Of a stretch of DNA of 64,000 nucleotides, positions 61,544 to 64,000 are shown in pieces. Made by a program: the position numbers and the translations under genes. Position 1 is the stretch's first letter, and each line of letters begins with the position of its first letter. The notes beneath the pieces were generated by a model. That model was given only the letters and a program-made list of their open reading frames with translations. It had not been told where the DNA came from and did no database searches. Where the stretch lies: positions 27,280,001 to 27,344,000 of the forward strand of contig OX442314.1 in the NCBI GenBank assembly GCA_949358305.1. Direction: 5' to 3'. Origin of the DNA: Strigamia acuminata (taxonomy: Eukaryota).

Positions 61544-61925
61544 TACAACCAATTAAGTGGACATAAAACTTCATAACATCGCCATAATTGTCACAAAAAT
61601 TCCATCATTTTTGGTTGCAAAACAAACATAAACCAACTTGGCGCCAAGAACGTCAAAATGACTTCACAGGAATTCCAGATGAATGTAAAAAGGAGAGGAA
61701 CTAATTAATTTTGCATGATATGGTGCTGACCTAAATAAGGATGTTTGATTCTTGAAAAAGTACCCTTGTGCAGCGCCTAAGCTAGAAATAAAAGGTATTG
61801 ATTTCCGTAATTCCTTTGAGGGTTTGGCGTCTTGACAATGCTTTTAACAAGAATTTATATTTCCATTTTTTGAGCATTAAGATGTGGCAGTAGAGGATTA
61901 ATAACACTTTTATTTACATTTAGAC

Positions 61926-63665
61926 ATGGTTTCTGTGATACGTTACCGTGGTTATGGAATTCATCGCGCGCAACAAAGAGCGAGAACTCCGTCACCTGAA
62001 CGAAATCACATACGGCAGCTCGAACCTCCAAAACGAAGACAGCACGTCGATCTGAGTTCTATAATCTTGGAAACTGATATTCCTGGGCCTGAACCAGGTA
62101 CAGTAACTCAATTTATTTCCAGTGAGGGGTTTCAATAATGCGATGAGGATCTGATTATCTGATAATGAAAACAATAAATTTAATTGCTAGAAGAGTCGCC
62201 ATTTTGTTGTAGAAAACTGGAACAAGTGTGAACACAAGACTTTCTAAAAGTGGGCGGGTTTTGTAGAAAAGTAGTTCAAGTGTGAACGTGGCACAAATTT
62301 AAATTACTTTGTTTTTGAGTATCTCCGATAGTTTTGCGGAAGGATGCTTGTAAGGTTATAAAAAGATCATGCTATGACTTTGAACTCGTACAACCAAGTA
62401 CGATCCAATTATGAATCCATTGCAGCCAAGCACATGGTTTAGACTTTAAACATGCCAAAAATCAATGTGTGTGAACCTTGGCCATATGAGAATGAATGGA
62501 ATCATAATTTAAGTGCTAAAATCATCTGTTCGGATTATTATACTTTAGCATATTTTTACATTTTCTGAAAGCCCATAATAAAAACCCAACAATCATAGAA
62601 AAAAATTAAATTGTTGCAGTAATTATTTTACAGTATTAATCTAAAAACATAGGAAACAAACAAGTAAACATCTGTAATGCATGGACGCATTACCTATTAG
62701 ACTTCTAAACCGCTTCTACACGAGATTTAACTCGTTGCAAATGCGCGATGTAGACGGTATGCTGAGTTCATTGCAGTTGTCCGTTTGGCTCTAGCTGCTA
62801 TAGTTTTTGCGGAATTGATACGGACGGACAGACGGACATGATCGTTTTATTAGACTTTCTAAACATCAGGTTTAGAAGTCGAAAAGCAATACGTGATGGG
62901 AGCATAACGTAGTCAGTTCTGAAGTTCATTTGACCTGGATCCAGTTTTTAGATCTAGGTGGATCCAAGATGTCTGACCTTAATCAATCCATTGTTTTCGA
63001 ATGACAGGATTGATTGGAAATATAACTTATAGGTCATAAATCTATAAGTTATAAAAAGTGCAATCGCAAAACCTCTAATGTCACATAAAAAATTTTTTTG
63101 AACCATCATGAATGATTAAAAAAATTCTGAATCAAATTTTGAATCACAGTCAGTCTGCGCATGTGCATGACTGTCTGATTCGAACTGATGATGGAGGGCA
63201 AGAAGACTGCGACCATCATGCATTGCTGTTTGTTATCTACGTTTTTGGATTGTTGTTATAAAATAATTACTTAATCAATTTAATCTTTAACTTTAACTTT
63301 ATGACTTTATGACTTTATGACTTTTATAAGGCATTTAAGGAGAATAAGTCACTTTATCTCTCGGAATTGAACGCACCGAAAATATTAAAGATGGAGAAAT
63401 TTAGGCGAAACTAAACACTAAGATTTGAAAATTGTGTATGCTCTGTATTTCTACAGATCCAGCGATGGTTCAATATGAGATTCGAATAGCAACGGGAGAT
63501 ATATTTGGGGCTGGAACTGATGCAAACGTTTATATTTCGGTTTTTGGGACCAGTGGCGAATCTGGAAAGCTACAAGTGACAAAGAAGTACACAAATTTGT
63601 TTGAACGTGGACGAACCGACTGTTTTATAATGGATTTGCCGGATGATTTGGGAGAGTTGACCAAG
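61926..63665 (+). CDS. PLAT/LH2-domain protein, 5' exons (lipoxygenase-like or LOXHD1-like); gene continues beyond the window
   Basis: Exon 63457-63665: YEIRIATGDIFGAGTDANVYISVFGTSGESGKL..NLFERGRTDCF..DLGELTK is a clear PLAT motif. Upstream exon 61926-62097 is phase compatible but less certain. Confidence 0.75.
62695..62885. mobile_element. DINE-1/Helentron-like non-autonomous element fragment
   Basis: cggacggacagacggaca microsatellite followed by hairpin gactttctaaac-atcag-gtttagaagtc, with a gacttctaaac repeat at the other end. Confidence 0.55.
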
Positions 63666-64000
63666 GTAATTTCACTCTACACTTTTTGAATTTTGCAGAT
63701 TTAATTAATTAGTGGTAAAACTGTGATATTGAAGTACAGAAGATGCGAAAGCTGGAATGTATTTGTGAGGTGTAAAAATAGGAAAATCAATATTGATTGA
63801 AAACTCTCAATTTGAGCAAGTGTTCAATTGAGAAAGATCTGTTTCTGGCAGCTTCAAAAAGCTGCTGACATTTAACAACGACGCTTAAGACAGGTGGCAT
63901 TTCTAATCATTCAAGCTTCAGTTCAATCTGGGTGGAAATGTGCAAACACGGTAAAAGCATTTGCACCACTATGTCAACCGATCTTTCTTTCCTTTGGTAT

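Overview
AT-rich, intron-containing animal DNA, probably arthropod (inferred from (TTAGG)n-type arrays and DINE-1/Helentron-like repeats). I assembled the spliced gene models by hand from splice sites and reading-frame phase. Gene order: 3' part of a DEPDC1-like RhoGAP gene (+); three tandem SARAF/TMEM66 paralogs (-), the middle one a recombination chimera; NDUFA11 (+); a 7-exon WDR70 followed by an intact intronless WDR70 copy (+); an orphan acidic secreted protein (+); a tandem-domain tyrosine phosphatase with no transmembrane segment and a probable GC-AG intron (-); a fatty acyl-CoA reductase with dead exon-1 duplicates (-); a 12-exon, ~850-aa gene encoding two DEG/ENaC channel subunits fused in one chain (+); a spliced phosphonopyruvate decarboxylase with a transit-peptide-like N-terminus (-); and the 5' end of a PLAT/LH2-domain gene (+). 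Introns and spacers hold many non-autonomous DNA transposons, some nested. The strongest novelty candidates are the tandem DEG/ENaC, the animal phosphonate-biosynthesis enzyme, the adjacent intronless WDR70 and the SARAF expansion. No database search was run; family calls rest on motif recognition.
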